Assembly: GCF_037042905.1 (NCBI RefSeq) | Contig: NC_087252.1 | Location: 12,154,001 to 12,218,000 of the forward strand | DNA from: Lytechinus pictus | Lineage: Eukaryota | Reading direction: 5' to 3' | DNA: 64,000 nucleotides | Shown: positions 27,327 to 40,936 of the stretch, one piece after another | Layout: every line of letters begins with the position of its first letter | How positions within the stretch are numbered: position 1 is the stretch's first letter | The notes under the pieces: model-generated | Database searches by the model: none | The model's input: the letters and a program-made list of their open reading frames with translations, nothing else | What the model was told of the DNA's origin: nothing | Made by a program: the position numbers and the translations under genes

Positions 27327-30300
27327 TTACGGACCGCACAGTGGATGAAGTAGGTAGAAAGACCTATAGGTCCATGGTAGAACTGCCTGACAGAGAAGAC
27401 GTTTGCCGTGGTCAAACCTATTTGGTATGATGGTCAGAGTGCTTTTGGCATCATATCGATCAGTGCCGTTGATTGATGTCCTCAGGGTTGAATTTCCTGT
27501 GACGTTCCTTGATCCGATATACCAGTGGATGAGAGGAGCAGGGTATCCATTAAAAGCTGTACATGTCACGTTGGTCTCTGAGCCTTCGAGCATATCCATG
27601 ATATCACCAGGGACAATCATTACGACATTGTCTGGTTGACCTTCATACAAACATTAAAAAAAGCTATTGGTCATAGTCAAACTTCAGCTGTAGAACCCTT
27701 TTTTTTTACCTAGCCCCGGCAGTATAGTCGGAATCGAACAAAATAATTTTAAATCATTACTAACAACAAAACTTATTTCATTTATAAAAAAGGCACAGTT
27801 GTAGCTATCTTGTAATTTTCTTCAGGTTTGGTAAGTTATTCTAGATGAATTTTCATTGATGATCTGTTGTCCGTTCTACCATTAACAATATTGACTCTCT
27901 GTTCTAAAATCATCGAGGGAAACAACTCACCGTAAACAATTAGTCTAACTGTCAGTATTTTAACAAAGAAAGCGTCGTCCATATACGATGAGCATATAAT
28001 GTGCATTCCATGGTTAATGGCATCTGGTTTTATGGTTATGGTACTTTCAGTGTCAAACAAAGTGTCGTCTAAAACACTCCCATAACTTGATACATTTGCG
28101 TTGATCGGAGTCCTGTCAGAAGCACCAACTAACCAAAATGATAGCTCAGTTGCTGGAAATGACCCGATGCTTTTACAAGTGATTGACGTCGGTGAATCTT
28201 CTTGAACGTTTATGACTGTTGATTGAGACTGGTTACCTCCAGTTAGAAAGAGCAGCACACTGGAAGGAAGAACTGTAGGTATGGCAAACAAGAGAAGTAT
28301 CGTAAGAGAAAGTAGTAGAACAAAGAAGGAAGCATTGTATGATATGCGGACAGGCCCTTTGTGAAAAGAAGTTTTGAAACTTAATGATACCGCGTGTAAA
28401 TAAACAAGAGGTGTCAATATAAAAAAGTAAGAAATAAAGAAAAATCGTGTTCACTGCGGAATGATGCTTGGAAACAACTGGTTCGTCATTATGTAGATAT
28501 GCATGTAAATATATTGCAATGGAGCTTTAATCGACGTAAAGTGTTAGCATATTATGTCCAATGTTTAAGCTATTGTGGATGAATTGAGTGTTACAAAATT
28601 TTGCAAGGACTGAAAATCTAGGATTGATATCAATACGTGTACACGTAATGATTCCCTGAATGAGACATACCATGAACATTCAGAAGAACCGAGGATCTAA
28701 GACTCCCTTGTATTTCCGGGTGTGATGCGATGCAGCTGAGACTCTTTTCATGGTCAACTCTGGTGGGTGTGATTGTCAAAGTTTTCCGGGAGATGTAAGA
28801 TCCGCCTTGAATGACATCAGATTGATCCTGATGAACAACGGTCATGTCCTCTGGTATTAGCCATTGCAGGAATGCAGGAGGCCTTGCCCTATTTGCTCCA
28901 CAGGTGATGCTAAACGACTCTCCAGCAGTTATACTTATATTGGCGTTGTTCAAGTATTGCCGGCCCCAGTAGGCGTCAGACATGAAAACCCGTGAGGGTG
29001 GAACTGGAGAAAAACACAGTACATTAGAAATTAGCACCCTCATCTCAAATAGCTCCTTACTATTTCAGTTTTTAAAATGATTAATTACTGAATGATTTTC
29101 TTGTTGGCGAATATGAACTCATGCCAAATTGTCAATGGGCTAAATAAACAAATAAATAGTAAAATTTAATAAAACAGTCATAATATTATTTATATTATGT
29201 ATAATCTTGCCATATACATGTATACCGTCAATGACAAAATTATTTGTATTCATTAATTTCTTACAAATAACACGTGGGAAAGAACCCGTTATATGAAATG
29301 ATACAGAAAGCAGGAGGGGACGGGGGTAACCTACAGCTAAAAATATCTACAATCTAATCACCTTTCACATGTTTGGTGAGCAAAAAGTATCGTCGATAGA
29401 ATATTGCAGTTTGATCATGGGCCTTTTCACGCGTTAATCTTGGATTCGTCTTTAGAATCACCGGAACTTTACAAGAAAGATTCGTACTGTAATTTGGATG
29501 AAATTTTAATGGAATTTCCCTCTGGAGTAGAATTTAACTTCGTGATTGTGATTAGCCTTCGTGATTCTAGTTTGGTTTCACACGTGTTAAAAAAATCGTC
29601 ATTACCCTTATTTTTCACTTTTTTTAAACTGTTTTAAACTGCGAATAGTCACGAGCTCTAGGTAAAATGGGTTAGGGCTTTATTTACGATGTCTTTTCAT
29701 TGGGTAAGAAGGTGGCACAATATTGGATGAGTAGGCCTACGTATTCGTAAACATTTAATTTTGTCATCGTGCTCATTGTGGTTAATCCAAATACTTCGTA
29801 GAGAGGGGTTTTTATTATTTTTCTGTACAAAAACGGTCATGATTTAGACACTGCTAAGATTAAACTGATGTTGTGCGTCGCAAAATAGCGCGCGTGTAAA
29901 AAAAAAATCTTAGCTAGGTGGATTGAAATGTCACCTATGCTGTCAAACCTCCCATTTGTTCTTACCTTGATTTAGTACTTCCAGTATTTCAGTCGCTGAA
30001 CGTTCCCCATGTAGGTAAAATACATTACATGTGTATCTCCCATTGTCACCAGTGTTCAAATTAATTATTGTAAGGGATGTGCTGCTGTCAGCTCCCAATA
30101 ACCTGTACTTAGTAGGATTGGAAATATTAGGTGTACATTCACTTGAAGTTGTGCACCACTCAGACGCAATTCGTGTTTCTTCGTGTTTCCACTTGACAGT
30201 GCGAACATTCGAAGTAGGGAAATAGGTGCACTCCATCGTAAAATCTTCTCCTTTGACAGGTAGGAACTGCCTTGCTTGAAAAGATATCGTGGCTGTAGAC

Positions 30301-30932
30301 ATAGTAGAGGGGGAGCCTGCAAATGGATTGTGTAGGAATATTGTAAATTATCAGTAATAGCAAAAGTATTGCTTCTTCATAGTACTATAAAGGGTGGGCA
30401 TCTATTTTAGACTCTCAAGGGGTGAAAAGTTGCATCATTCAAGATGTGCGCTGATTTTTTTACATGCCAAACATGTCAAAAGGGTTAAAAATTGCACTTG
30501 TTCGAGTTTTGCTGCAGGTTGTACCATTTCGCGAAGGATAACACCCTTCGTGCACCTTAAATGCGTAACTCAGTCCATGGTCTTTAGATGGATATATGCC
30601 CAGGAAGTGCATTCCGAGACAGACGTGAACAACGAAATTAAGTGAAAGAAAATATTTTTCTGATCTTGCTGATGGCAAGCATGAATGGGAAAACGTGTTT
30701 TTTGTCGGCAGTCTGCTTTGACCTTAAACTCATTTAAAATAATCAAATAGTAACGGAAGAAGTCATACTTTCTATTTTCTTAGTTTTATTAACAGCCTAC
30801 CTTTACAAAGAGAAGGAAAAAAATCGCTACAAACCAATATGTATAGATTCAATTTTATTCAAATTTAATCAAATTCGACATACCTTTGCCAAAAACAAGA
30901 AGAGCAAACATGCACCAAATATGGTACGCCAT
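27327..30932 (-). CDS. IgSF cassette B3: L-V-C-C-C; C3 frameshifted near its end
   Basis: Leader 30932-30884; V 30316-29966; C1 29003-28671; C2 28272-27931; C3 27640-27327 with a 23-bp insertion at 27360-27382. Confidence 0.87.
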
Positions 30933-31584
30933 TCGAGATCAGAGTGATACTATCCAATCCAATAGTCCTGGTAACAAAGAAACATTCAATATCAAAATGT
31001 AAGATAGTTGCAGTCGGTGAGACAAATTGTTTTTAAGACATTTCTGACGTGTCTCAAACATATTGATGTAATAATGGTGACGGTGAGATTTATTCGCTTA
31101 CTTTCGCTAGCCTATGCCGTTAAGCACATTTCAAAAGTACATGTACGACTTAATGTCTTAGGTTGTCAGTGGTCGAAAATGAAAGTACGATATTTCATAT
31201 ATCAAATATATAGCTGCATTTGTTCGGACGACAGAGTGTGCTCTTTCCCATAGCCGGTTAGATGTCGAGGTTGCTTAACCGAGCATACAATGGATTGGAA
31301 AGGCGTCCAGAGAACTGTCACTACACTTACGCTTCGGGATGACCTTAGGCAATGACATCATCGCACCGCCATCTTAGAGGGCTTTGCCTTACATGCCTTG
31401 TTGATCTTCAACTGGCGCAAACCATAAAACCAACCATTGTTTGAATATGTGACACATGCATTCTTATGAGATTAATTTGATAGACTTAAAAAAAGGATTT
31501 CATTCATTTTAATTCGATTTTTCTTCCGAAACATTTTTTTTATTTCTATTCCTTTTTTGCAGTTTGTGAACCCCTTAAAATCGG

Positions 31585-33460
31585 ACCAGGGGAGATCACA
31601 TCTATCTGTATATTAGATAAGCGCAACTGCATTCCAGTCAGTCTGTCTAATCTAAAATATATGTGGGTTTTTTTTTGTTCATTCCTACCGAATTCATAAG
31701 TTTCTACAACTTCCTGATTGTAATGGCTTCCAGTACCAGCAGAGAAAAGAGAAAAGAACTCGGGAACATCAAGGTGAGATTTGGATATACGATATAGATT
31801 ATAAACCAATCAGAAGTTACTGCAGACAACATGATTTTTTTTTTCAGTCTATGCGCTACAGGAAATCAGAAGAAAACATGTAGGGTAAAGAATATCCAGG
31901 ATGCAACCTCCGACTGCAGGAACAATTTGGGTGAGAAGCAGCACAAGAGAGCAGAAGCAGAAGCGCAGTCTTAAATAAAACGTTGAATCTACGATCGCGT
32001 CTGCCGAGGCCTCGATAAGTAAGCATCTCCTGGCAGTCAACGATAACTTTTAGGTTGCTTCCGAAGAAAAGTTAAAGAGAGCACGGAACAAAGAGAACAG
32101 AATGATCAAAATGATTAACGATGAAGAGGAGCTGGAAATCTCTAATACAAGAGGTAATAGGAAAGAATGTGTCGACGTATGGAAGGTTGAAACAGCGAAG
32201 CGAGAGAGAATCATCGAAAACCGAGAAGAAATTCTTCTTTCAGATGTGATGGCAATTAGCGAAATCATTTCTAAAATGATTTAAAGGATCTTAATAGCCG
32301 AACTATGCATGAAATAGATACATTGAATAATATTCAATCGACATTTATATAAATAACCAAACGGGATAAAACATTGGTGAATCAAACTCCTCAGGTACTA
32401 ACATTTTCTGAAGAAACATCTTTAAATGTGTATTAAGACGCTGGCCACATCCTTTGTGAAATTAAGAGAGTGAAGTTTGTAGAGGGGGGATTTGGTGGAT
32501 AATAATATGGTAGAATTGATGGGTACATCGGTAAACGGGAACTTGTCAAGTCAATCTATATTCCGCCTGTCATCAAGAAACCGGGGATTCGTGGATTAAT
32601 CAGTGATGATGAAGCTTTCGTGTGGGACGAGGACAGAAACTCCATGTATGCTACAAATATCAGCACAGGAATCACTCATTAATCGTTCATGAAGATCGGA
32701 GCATGTATATCACATCAGTACCCTCAATAAACAGGGACGTGGTAGTCTGTGAAAAGTGGAAACCAGGTGACAGCCTGGATGAAGCATTGTCGATTTGAAC
32801 TGTTAAATTCATTTGAATTTCGTTGTCGATAGCATTTTTTTTTCATTAACCAGTTTTTTTTAATGCGTCAGTCTCTACTACAGAAAGACAAATGTTACTA
32901 AAAATGTCAACGTAGGTCTACCTGTCCAAAGCTTTGACAGCGTTGCTGGTAATAATTGCCAGTACGATGATGTTGACAGAAATTGGATGATCCTTACCAA
33001 TCAACCCAAGCAGTGCAATATATATGTCATCAGCCTAACCGATTCGAAAATAACAAGTACCATCGCAATACAGAGTAAGAAAGTATTTGGTGAAATACAC
33101 GTCTTGTCAACAAGTGATATCGTTTTGAAGTCGGATTTGGATGACTTCACTGTCGTTTAACGAACAGGGGAACAGAAAGTTGTCATGCACTGCGATGATT
33201 GGTTGTATGCACGTATAGTCACGTGGACAAACTCACATATACTCTCTCATAGTCTGCATTAGCCGAAGGGATGGGGCGCGTAAAAATTGCGTAGTTGATC
33301 AGGTTTCCTTTGATGGTATCATTCAGGCGAAGATCAATGAGGAATCAGATCGTGATTATTACCTCAACCCGTGTCTTTATACCCCCTTCTGGTCGGCTTG
33401 TAAAGGCTGTGATGGAGACAAGCTCCTATAAAAGATTCATCGTGTAGTTCACCATTGCCT
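31585..33460 (+). pseudogene. Decayed B-box/coiled-coil/putative beta-propeller (TRIM-like) gene copy
   Basis: IKMINDEEELEISNTRGNRKECVDVWKVETAKRERIIENREEILLSDV, then beta-rich fragments. No introns evident; many disruptions. Confidence 0.55.
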
Positions 33461-33499
33461 CTGAACGAAAAGCCTATTGATTGAACATGTGTCTGATTT

Positions 33500-36405
33500 C
33501 AAATTCAAATTCAAATTCAAATTCATTTATTTCACATCTGTAAAAAACATACAAGATACAATATATCGAGATCAATCAAAATGATTCCATAGTAAAGGAG
33601 TAAAGGAGTAACGAATATTGTAAAATGACAAATTAACAAAATTAACAAAATACATAGGGTAATGAATGCGATGTGGGGGAATAGCAAAAGCCAAATAGAC
33701 CTATCTAGGCTATTCCCTGATTAACATTTATTACCGAAAAAAGACCATCCTGCAATCAATTGATTAGATTGCAAGAAACACACATTTCAAAATAAACGAA
33801 ATCAACAAACTAATGAAAAATTTGAAGAAAAAAAATAACAACTACATTACAAAAAAATATGTTTAAAAAACATACACATAAAAGCAAGCAAGCTTATTCA
33901 CTGAGAACATGGTGAAGTATACATATTTAGAAGGTAAGACTTACATCTTACTTTAAATGAATTTTGCGAAGGACTTTCTTTTATTTCAGGGGGCAAACTG
34001 TTCCATATGAGTGGTCCACTATAACTTATGACTGTTCTTGAGAAAGAAAAGCGGTAAAAAGGAATGTATAAATTATCAGAATTTCTCGTATTATATTTGT
34101 TTACACTGCGATTTGTTTTAAAATAACTGTTAAATGTGTCAGGCAACTGATTCTTGTAGTATGAAAACATAAAAATTGCAGTGTGAAGGGTATGTATATC
34201 ATAAATTTTTAGAATCTTTAATTTACGGAATAATTGATGAGAGTGAGCTAAATATGGGGAATTTGTTATAATTCTTATTGCCCGTTTTTGTAAGCGAAAT
34301 AATTGTAGCTTTAAATAATTTGCACAGTCCCCCCATACGATATTGCAATAGCTGAGATGCGTGAGTATCATTGTATTGTACAATTGAACACGAATATGCA
34401 ATGGTAAGTCACCTTTGATTCTATTAAGTACACCAATGGTTTGAGAAATCTTCATAGAAATATTATTTACATGTTGTTTCCAACTCATGCTATCGTCAAT
34501 TGTGACACCTAGGAATTTCGTATATTGCACTTTCTGAATTTCAAAATCATTTATATATAATTTTATGGAGTTTTCTTCAATTTTCTTATTTTTAGGCTTA
34601 AAAATCATAAAAGATGTCTTCTTAGTGTTAATTTGTAGTCTGTTGGCTTGGAACCACATGTGAACTTTTTCCATTTCAGAATTTAAAATATTATTTAATT
34701 GAATGGGATCCTTACCAGATAAAAATAAACTTGTATCGTCTGCAAATAAGGTAGTAGTTAAAATATTACTTACATGTTGCAGGTCATTGATGTACAATAT
34801 AAAAAGAAGAGGGCCTAGATTAGACCCCTGGGGTACCCCTACTCTAATGTCCTGAAAGTCTGAATGAATTTTGTTGATGCATACACATTGTTTTCGATTT
34901 CTTAAGTAACTGATTAACCACTTCAATACTGTCCCTCTAAACCCGTATGATGATAGCTTATCAATTAAAATATTATGGTCTATACAATCGAATGCTTTAG
35001 ATAAGTCTAAAAATACACCAATCGTTATTGCTTTGTTTTCATATTCCTTAGCTATTTTTTCAGTTAAATCAATTAATGCATGAGCAGTGTTGTATCCCTT
35101 TCTGAAACCGAATTGCTTGTTATATAATATGTTGTGTTTTGAAATAAATGCTATCAATTTGTCATATACTATTTTTTCAAAAACCTTGCTGAAAACTGAT
35201 AAAATTGATATGGGTCGGTAGTTAGTTACTAGTGTTTTATTACCATTCTTAAAGACAGGAGTTACTTTAGCAAGTTTTAAAGAGTTCGGAAACACACCAT
35301 TTTCAAGAGACATATTAATGATTTTACATAAAGGGGAAACTATTGCATGAATTGAATATTTAACTACCTTACGACTAATATCATCGTAACCCGCGCTTTT
35401 ATTCGCATCCAATTTCAAAATGACATCATATATATTTCTTTCTGTTACTGGCGTAAAGTACATAGAATGACAAATACTGTGTTTCATAAACCTTTTAAAG
35501 TTATTTTCTTGAGATAGATTTCTAGTACTCTCATGTATTTTAGAACCAATACTACTAAAAAAATCATTAAATACACTTACAATTTCTTGCTGATTATCCT
35601 TCACTTCTCCATTATTTTCAATACTATAATCAACATCTCTATTCTTATTTTTTGTTAAAATGTTATTTATTATTTTCCATGTCGCTCTAGAATTGTGTTT
35701 TACATTTTCAAATTTATGATGATAGAATTCACGCTTCTTTTTACGAATGAAGCTATGGACCATGTTTCTGTAACTTTTATATACATTCTCTCTATAGGAA
35801 GTTGGGTTCTTTAAAAATTTCTTATATAAAAAGTATTTTCGTTTGCACATTTTCTTGATATCCGTATTAAACCATGACCTTTCTGTAGATGTCTTTTTTA
35901 TTTTAACATTTGTTATTGGAAAACTTTCATTATATAGTTTTTTGTAAATGTCTAAAAATATATCATAAACGTCATCAACGTTTTCTGTATTGTTTAAACA
36001 TGTCCAATCAACACACTGTAATTTTCTACAAAATGTAATCATATTTTTTTCACAGAAGTCTCTTATAGGATAATGGGTCTTTGAATTATTAGAGATTAAA
36101 GGACCTTCAATTATGACGAAAGGGGTTAGGTGATCACTGACATCTGTTGTAATGATACCAGCTTCTACGACACTTTCAGGTTGGTTATAAAATATATTAT
36201 CTAATATTGTTGCCGAATTACTTGTTATCCTTGTGGGTTTATTAATTAATGGAAAATATGAAAAGGTAGAAAAAATATTAACAAAATCATGATTACATGA
36301 CATTAAATCTAGGTCCATCAAATTAACATTAAAATCCCCCATGATAATACATTGTTTTTTCTCACTTGAGATTTTGCTTAAAGGGATTTGAACTGTTTCT
36401 AAAAA
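33500..36405 (-). mobile_element. 5'-truncated non-LTR retrotransposon (CR1/L2-group LINE) with uninterrupted ORF2
   Basis: ORF2 remnant 33898 to ~36405. 3' UTR stem GGGAATAGC..GCTATTCCC at ~33677-33717 and (TTTGAA)n tail at ~33497-33525. Absent from the paralogous site at ~43474. Confidence 0.93.
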
Positions 36406-36453
36406 ATCTTTTAATGCCTGCATTAATTTCAGTGTATCGTGAATCGTCCACAA
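33898..36453 (-). CDS. LINE ORF2: C-terminal part of AP endonuclease plus reverse transcriptase
   Basis: GDFN, LDNIF, SDH endonuclease motifs; YRPIS, QFGFR, FLDLSKAFD, GVPQGS, LFADD, FLGV RT motifs. The first ~15 residues of the ORF are probably flanking DNA. Confidence 0.93.
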   Translation of the reverse strand: MWTIHDTLKLMQALKDFLETVQIPLSKISSEKKQCIIMGDFNVNLMDLDLMSCNHDFVNIFSTFSYFPLINKPTRITSNSATILDNIFYNQPESVVEAGIITTDVSDHLTPFVIIEGPLISNNSKTHYPIRDFCEKNMITFCRKLQCVDWTCLNNTENVDDVYDIFLDIYKKLYNESFPITNVKIKKTSTERSWFNTDIKKMCKRKYFLYKKFLKNPTSYRENVYKSYRNMVHSFIRKKKREFYHHKFENVKHNSRATWKIINNILTKNKNRDVDYSIENNGEVKDNQQEIVSVFNDFFSSIGSKIHESTRNLSQENNFKRFMKHSICHSMYFTPVTERNIYDVILKLDANKSAGYDDISRKVVKYSIHAIVSPLCKIINMSLENGVFPNSLKLAKVTPVFKNGNKTLVTNYRPISILSVFSKVFEKIVYDKLIAFISKHNILYNKQFGFRKGYNTAHALIDLTEKIAKEYENKAITIGVFLDLSKAFDCIDHNILIDKLSSYGFRGTVLKWLISYLRNRKQCVCINKIHSDFQDIRVGVPQGSNLGPLLFILYINDLQHVSNILTTTLFADDTSLFLSGKDPIQLNNILNSEMEKVHMWFQANRLQINTKKTSFMIFKPKNKKIEENSIKLYINDFEIQKVQYTKFLGVTIDDSMSWKQHVNNISMKISQTIGVLNRIKGDLPLHIRVQLYNTMILTHLSYCNIVWGDCANYLKLQLFRLQKRAIRIITNSPYLAHSHQLFRKLKILKIYDIHTLHTAIFMFSYYKNQLPDTFNSYFKTNRSVNKYNTRNSDNLYIPFYRFSFSRTVISYSGPLIWNSLPPEIKESPSQNSFKVRCKSYLLNMYTSPCSQ

Positions 36454-37203
36454 GAATCAGCCCTACGATCAATTATCAAGTTTCAGGTTAGAGTGCCCAG
36501 AAAGTTTACTGTCGTTTGTTATGATCATCATCGTATGGTTACAACAAAATATATGTCACAAATATGACTAACGTGTATGTAATAAAAGATTTCAACGTAG
36601 GCACATATTAAACGGGGGTAAAGTCTCTTTGATGATACGTTAGATCCCATCATTCCTATCGGATGTTTTCACCTGCTTTTTTATCCAATTTGTCTCAAAA
36701 TAATGGATTTCTTTCGTTGGAATGTATACGTAATGTAAAATGTATTGCCAGGTATGTTGTTTGATGAATACTTCCACATAGCAATACATGCACTGTATAT
36801 TTGTAAATACAAATATCGTCAATATCTCGTGGTGTGATCCGTTCTTTAATCCACTAGAAGTAGAGGGCATACAGGGTAAGCTGGCTCCCATCATGCTTTT
36901 TTGGTGAATCTGATTCATGCTATTGCCTTCTTATCTTTGGCTCTCTCAAAACAATGTTGTCTGAATTTGTGTATATGTGTGTCCCGTCTCCTTCATTGCA
37001 GAATTTCATTGATTGTCATAAACATATACAGTCATTCATTATTTTATCCCATTGTATTCTTTAGCATCACTATCAAATGCATTGGTGTGTATTGTGTTGA
37101 TATTATGTTATCCATTTTGTGGAATATGACAATAAAAAAAATCAAACCTGATTCGACCTACCGACATTATTTCTGCATGTCCAGCTCTGATGCAGCTAGG
37201 TTC

Positions 37204-40200
37204 TCAGGCAGCGAGGATAGTCGAAGATGTCGTCTGGTGTTGATTGACGATGAACCAAGAAGGTGAATCGGGTCTAACTGCAGTGTAAAGTTAATTAATT
37301 TAAAAATAATTGATAATTAGCTAAGTAGTTTATCTAAGTAACTATATAGACACAACAGGTGGATAACATTCATCTCATTAACGAAATTCAATTACGAATT
37401 AATTCAAAAAACGATAACTCAGTTGGCCCAGAAACATTTATGTTGTGCATAAATAGGCTATAAATATTAACAAAATCTACCAATTCACCGAAAATGGATT
37501 ACACAAACGTAACAAACATATCCTAAAATTCTTATGAATCTTTATGAGAGGAGCCGGGTATCCGTTACGAGCTCTACAGGTTACGTTGGTCTCTCTGCCT
37601 TCGAGCATATCACCTGGGACAGTCACTGCGACTTCGTCTGGTAGCCCTTCATAGAAACATAAAGCCATTATTCATAGTTAAGCTTTCAGGTAAAGAAGTA
37701 ATTTTTTTCTCTCTTTTTTTGAACAGATCACGGACAGTAAATTGGGGAATCGAACAGAATGACGATTGATCATCAATATCAACAATGATGAATTTGTTTC
37801 TTGAAAGGTATTGGAGTAACTACCTTGCATTTCTTTTTCAGATTTCGAAAATTATTCTTTTATCAGTTCTACCGTTCACTATATTGACTCCCGGTTCTAA
37901 ATCACTGAGGGAAATAACTCACCGTAAACAATTAGTCTAACTGTTAGGAATGTAACAAAGAAATGGTCTTTCATGTACGAGGAACATACAATGCGCATTC
38001 CATGGTTAATAGCATCCGGTCTTATGGTTATGGTACTTTCAGTGTCAAACAACGTGTCGTCTAAAACACTCCTATTGCTTGAGACACTTGCACGGATAGA
38101 AGTCCTGTCAAAGTCACCAACTAACCAAAATGATAGCTCAGTTGCTGGGAATGACCCGATGCTTTTACAAGTGATTGAAGTCGGTGAACCTTCTTGAACG
38201 TATACGACTGTTGATTGAGACTGGTTACCTCCAGTTAGAAAGAGGAGCACACTGGCTGGTATAACTGTAAGCATGACAAATTAGAAAAAAAAGGTAAAGG
38301 AAAGAGGGAAAATATAGAAAGAAGTTTTGTATGATATGCGGCAGGCCCTTTGTGGAAAGCAGTTTATAACTTTCTGATACCGCGTGTAAATAAACAGGAG
38401 ATGATCTCGATAAGAACGAAAGAAATAAAGAAAAATCGTGTTCACTGCGGAATTATGCTTGGAAACAACTAGTTCGTCATTATGTAGATATGCATGTAAA
38501 TAGATTGAAATGGAGCGTAAATATACGTAAAGTGTCAGCATATTTTGTCCAATGTAAAAGCTATTTCGGATGAATTGACTATTACAAAAATGTGTAAGGA
38601 CTGAAAATCTAGGATTGATATCAATACATTTATCATTATATAATGATTCCCTGAATGATACATACCATGAAAATTCAGAAAAACTGACGATCTAATACTC
38701 GTTTGTTTTTCCGGGTGTGATGCGATGCAGCTGAGAATCTTTCCGTTGTCATCTCTGGTGGGTGTGATTGTCAAAGATTTCCGCGAGATGTAAAAGTTAT
38801 CTTGAATTTCATCAGACTGATCGTGATGAACAACGGTCAAGTCCTCTGGTATTAACCATTGCAGAACAGCAGGAGGCCTTGCCCTATTTGCTCCACAGGT
38901 GATGCTATACGACTCCCGAGCACTTATACTTATATTGGTGTTGTTCAAGTATTGCCGGCCCGATTGGACATCAGTCACGAATACTCGCGACGGTGGAACT
39001 GGAGAAAAAACACAGTATATTCGAACCATCAACCTCAACTTAAACGATATGCTACCATTTCAATTTTCAAGTGCTTCAACTTTTAATCACTTAATAATTT
39101 CCTGGCAATCTTTTGACGAGTAAGAACTTATGCAAATTTTTCAATAAACAATTCAAAAGTTTTAAAACACTCATTATATAGTTGCTCATCTGGCAATGCT
39201 CTTCTATAATCTTGATACATACGCTTATGCCTCATCATGCCAATGGCAAATATTCATATTTTCTTTTTCTTTTTTTATAAAATGGTAGTGATTTTCGCCT
39301 GATTGCTAAGAAAGCATGAATGACTGTAAGCAAGCATCCAAGAAGACGGACGGTTTGAAGTCCTCTCTGAGACACCTCGAAATTAGGATTAAACTGCCTT
39401 ACCTAACGGCATCAAAAGGGAATCGAACCTGGGTCACCCACTCTACCGACTTAGCTATTGCGCCTCATCTTAAAACAAACACATCCATGAAATCGGAAAA
39501 TAGTCAATTGTATGAAATGATACAGAAAGAAGGTTGGGACAGAGAATGGCCTATAGCTAAAACTGTCGACACACAAATCATCTTTAACACGTTAAAAGGG
39601 TTAGGACTTTCGATGTCTTTTTTCAGTGGGTGAGAATGATGTGACAATTTTGGATGGGTATGCATTTGTCAATATATTTACTTTTTTGTATGCCATCGTG
39701 TTCACTGTGGTTTGATTTGATTTGATTTGTTGATATCCGTTTCACAACATAGTATGATAAATATGACATGAGAAGGTCAATGCACATACTTAGTGGGGAG
39801 TGGGTTTATATCTTTCTGTAGGAAAATGGTCGTAATTTAGAAATTCCTAAGGATAAAATAATGTAATGCGCCCCCAAAATAGCGCGCGCGCTTAAAAAAA
39901 TACAAATAATCTTAGCTAGGTGGAATGAAATGTCACCCATGCTGTCAAACCTCCCATTTGTTCTTACCTTGACTTAGTACTTCCAGTATTTCAGTCGCTG
40001 AACGTTCTCCATGTAGGTTATGTACATTGCATGTGTATCTCCCATTGTCACCAGCGTTCAAATTAATTATTGTAAGGGATGTGCTGCAGTCATCTCCCAA
40101 TAACTTGTACTTTGAAGGATTAGAAATATTAGGTGTACATTCACTTGCAGTTGTGCACCACTCAGACGCAATTCGTGTTTCTTCGTGTTTCCACTTGACA

Positions 40201-40936
40201 GTGCGAACAATCGAAGGAGGGAAATAGGTGCACTTCATCGTAAAATCTTCTCCTTTGACGGGTATGAACTGCCTTGGTTGAAAAGATATTGTGGTTGTAG
40301 ACATGGTAGAGGGGGAGCCTGCAAATGGATTGTGTAGGAATATTGTCAATTATTAGTGATAGCAGAAGTATTGCTTCTTCATAGTATTTTACAGGGTGGG
40401 CTTCTATTTTAGACTGAAAAGTGAAAAGTTGCATCATTCAAGATTTGCGTTGATTTTTTTACATGCCAAACATGTCAAAAGGGTTAAAAATCGCATTTGT
40501 TCAAGTTTTGTTGCAGGTTGTACCACTTTGCGAAGGATAACACCCTTCGTGCACCTTAAATGCGTAACACAGTCCATGGTCTTTGGATGCATATATGCCC
40601 AGGAATCGCATTCCGAGACAGACGTGAACAACGCAATTAAGTGAAAGACAATATTTTTCTGATCCTGCTGATGGCAAGCTTGAATGGGAAAACATGTTGT
40701 TTTTTGGCCAGCAGACTGCTTTGGCCTTAAACTCACTGAAAATAATCATATAGTAACGGAGGAAGTCATACTTTCTATATTCTTTGTTTTATTAGCAGCC
40801 TACCTTTACAAAGAGAAGAATAAAAAACGGCTACAAGCCAATATGTATAGATTCAATTTTATTCAAGTTTAATCAAATTCGACATACCTTTGCCAAAAAC
40901 AAGAAGAGCAAACAGGCACCAAATATGGTACGCCAT
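37204..40936 (-). CDS. IgSF cassette B4: L-V-C-C, truncated C3 fused to an A-type 3' end (chimera)
   Basis: Leader 40936-40888; V 40318-39968; C1 38998-38666; C2 38264-37923. C3 starts at 37646 and breaks at ~37543 into A-type intron sequence, followed by the FN3-like stub 37277-37162. Confidence 0.83.
39300..39467 (-). mobile_element. Degenerate tRNA-derived SINE
   Basis: Minus strand reads TAGCTAAGTCGG (A box) and GGTTCGATTCCC (B box), with the middle deleted. Confidence 0.55.

Noticed and set aside
39681..39709. Minus-strand CACAGTG + 13 nt + ACAAAAAAG downstream of the B4 V exon
   Set aside because: It is ~260 bp into the intron, has a 13-nt spacer, and paralogues read CACAATG without the nonamer.
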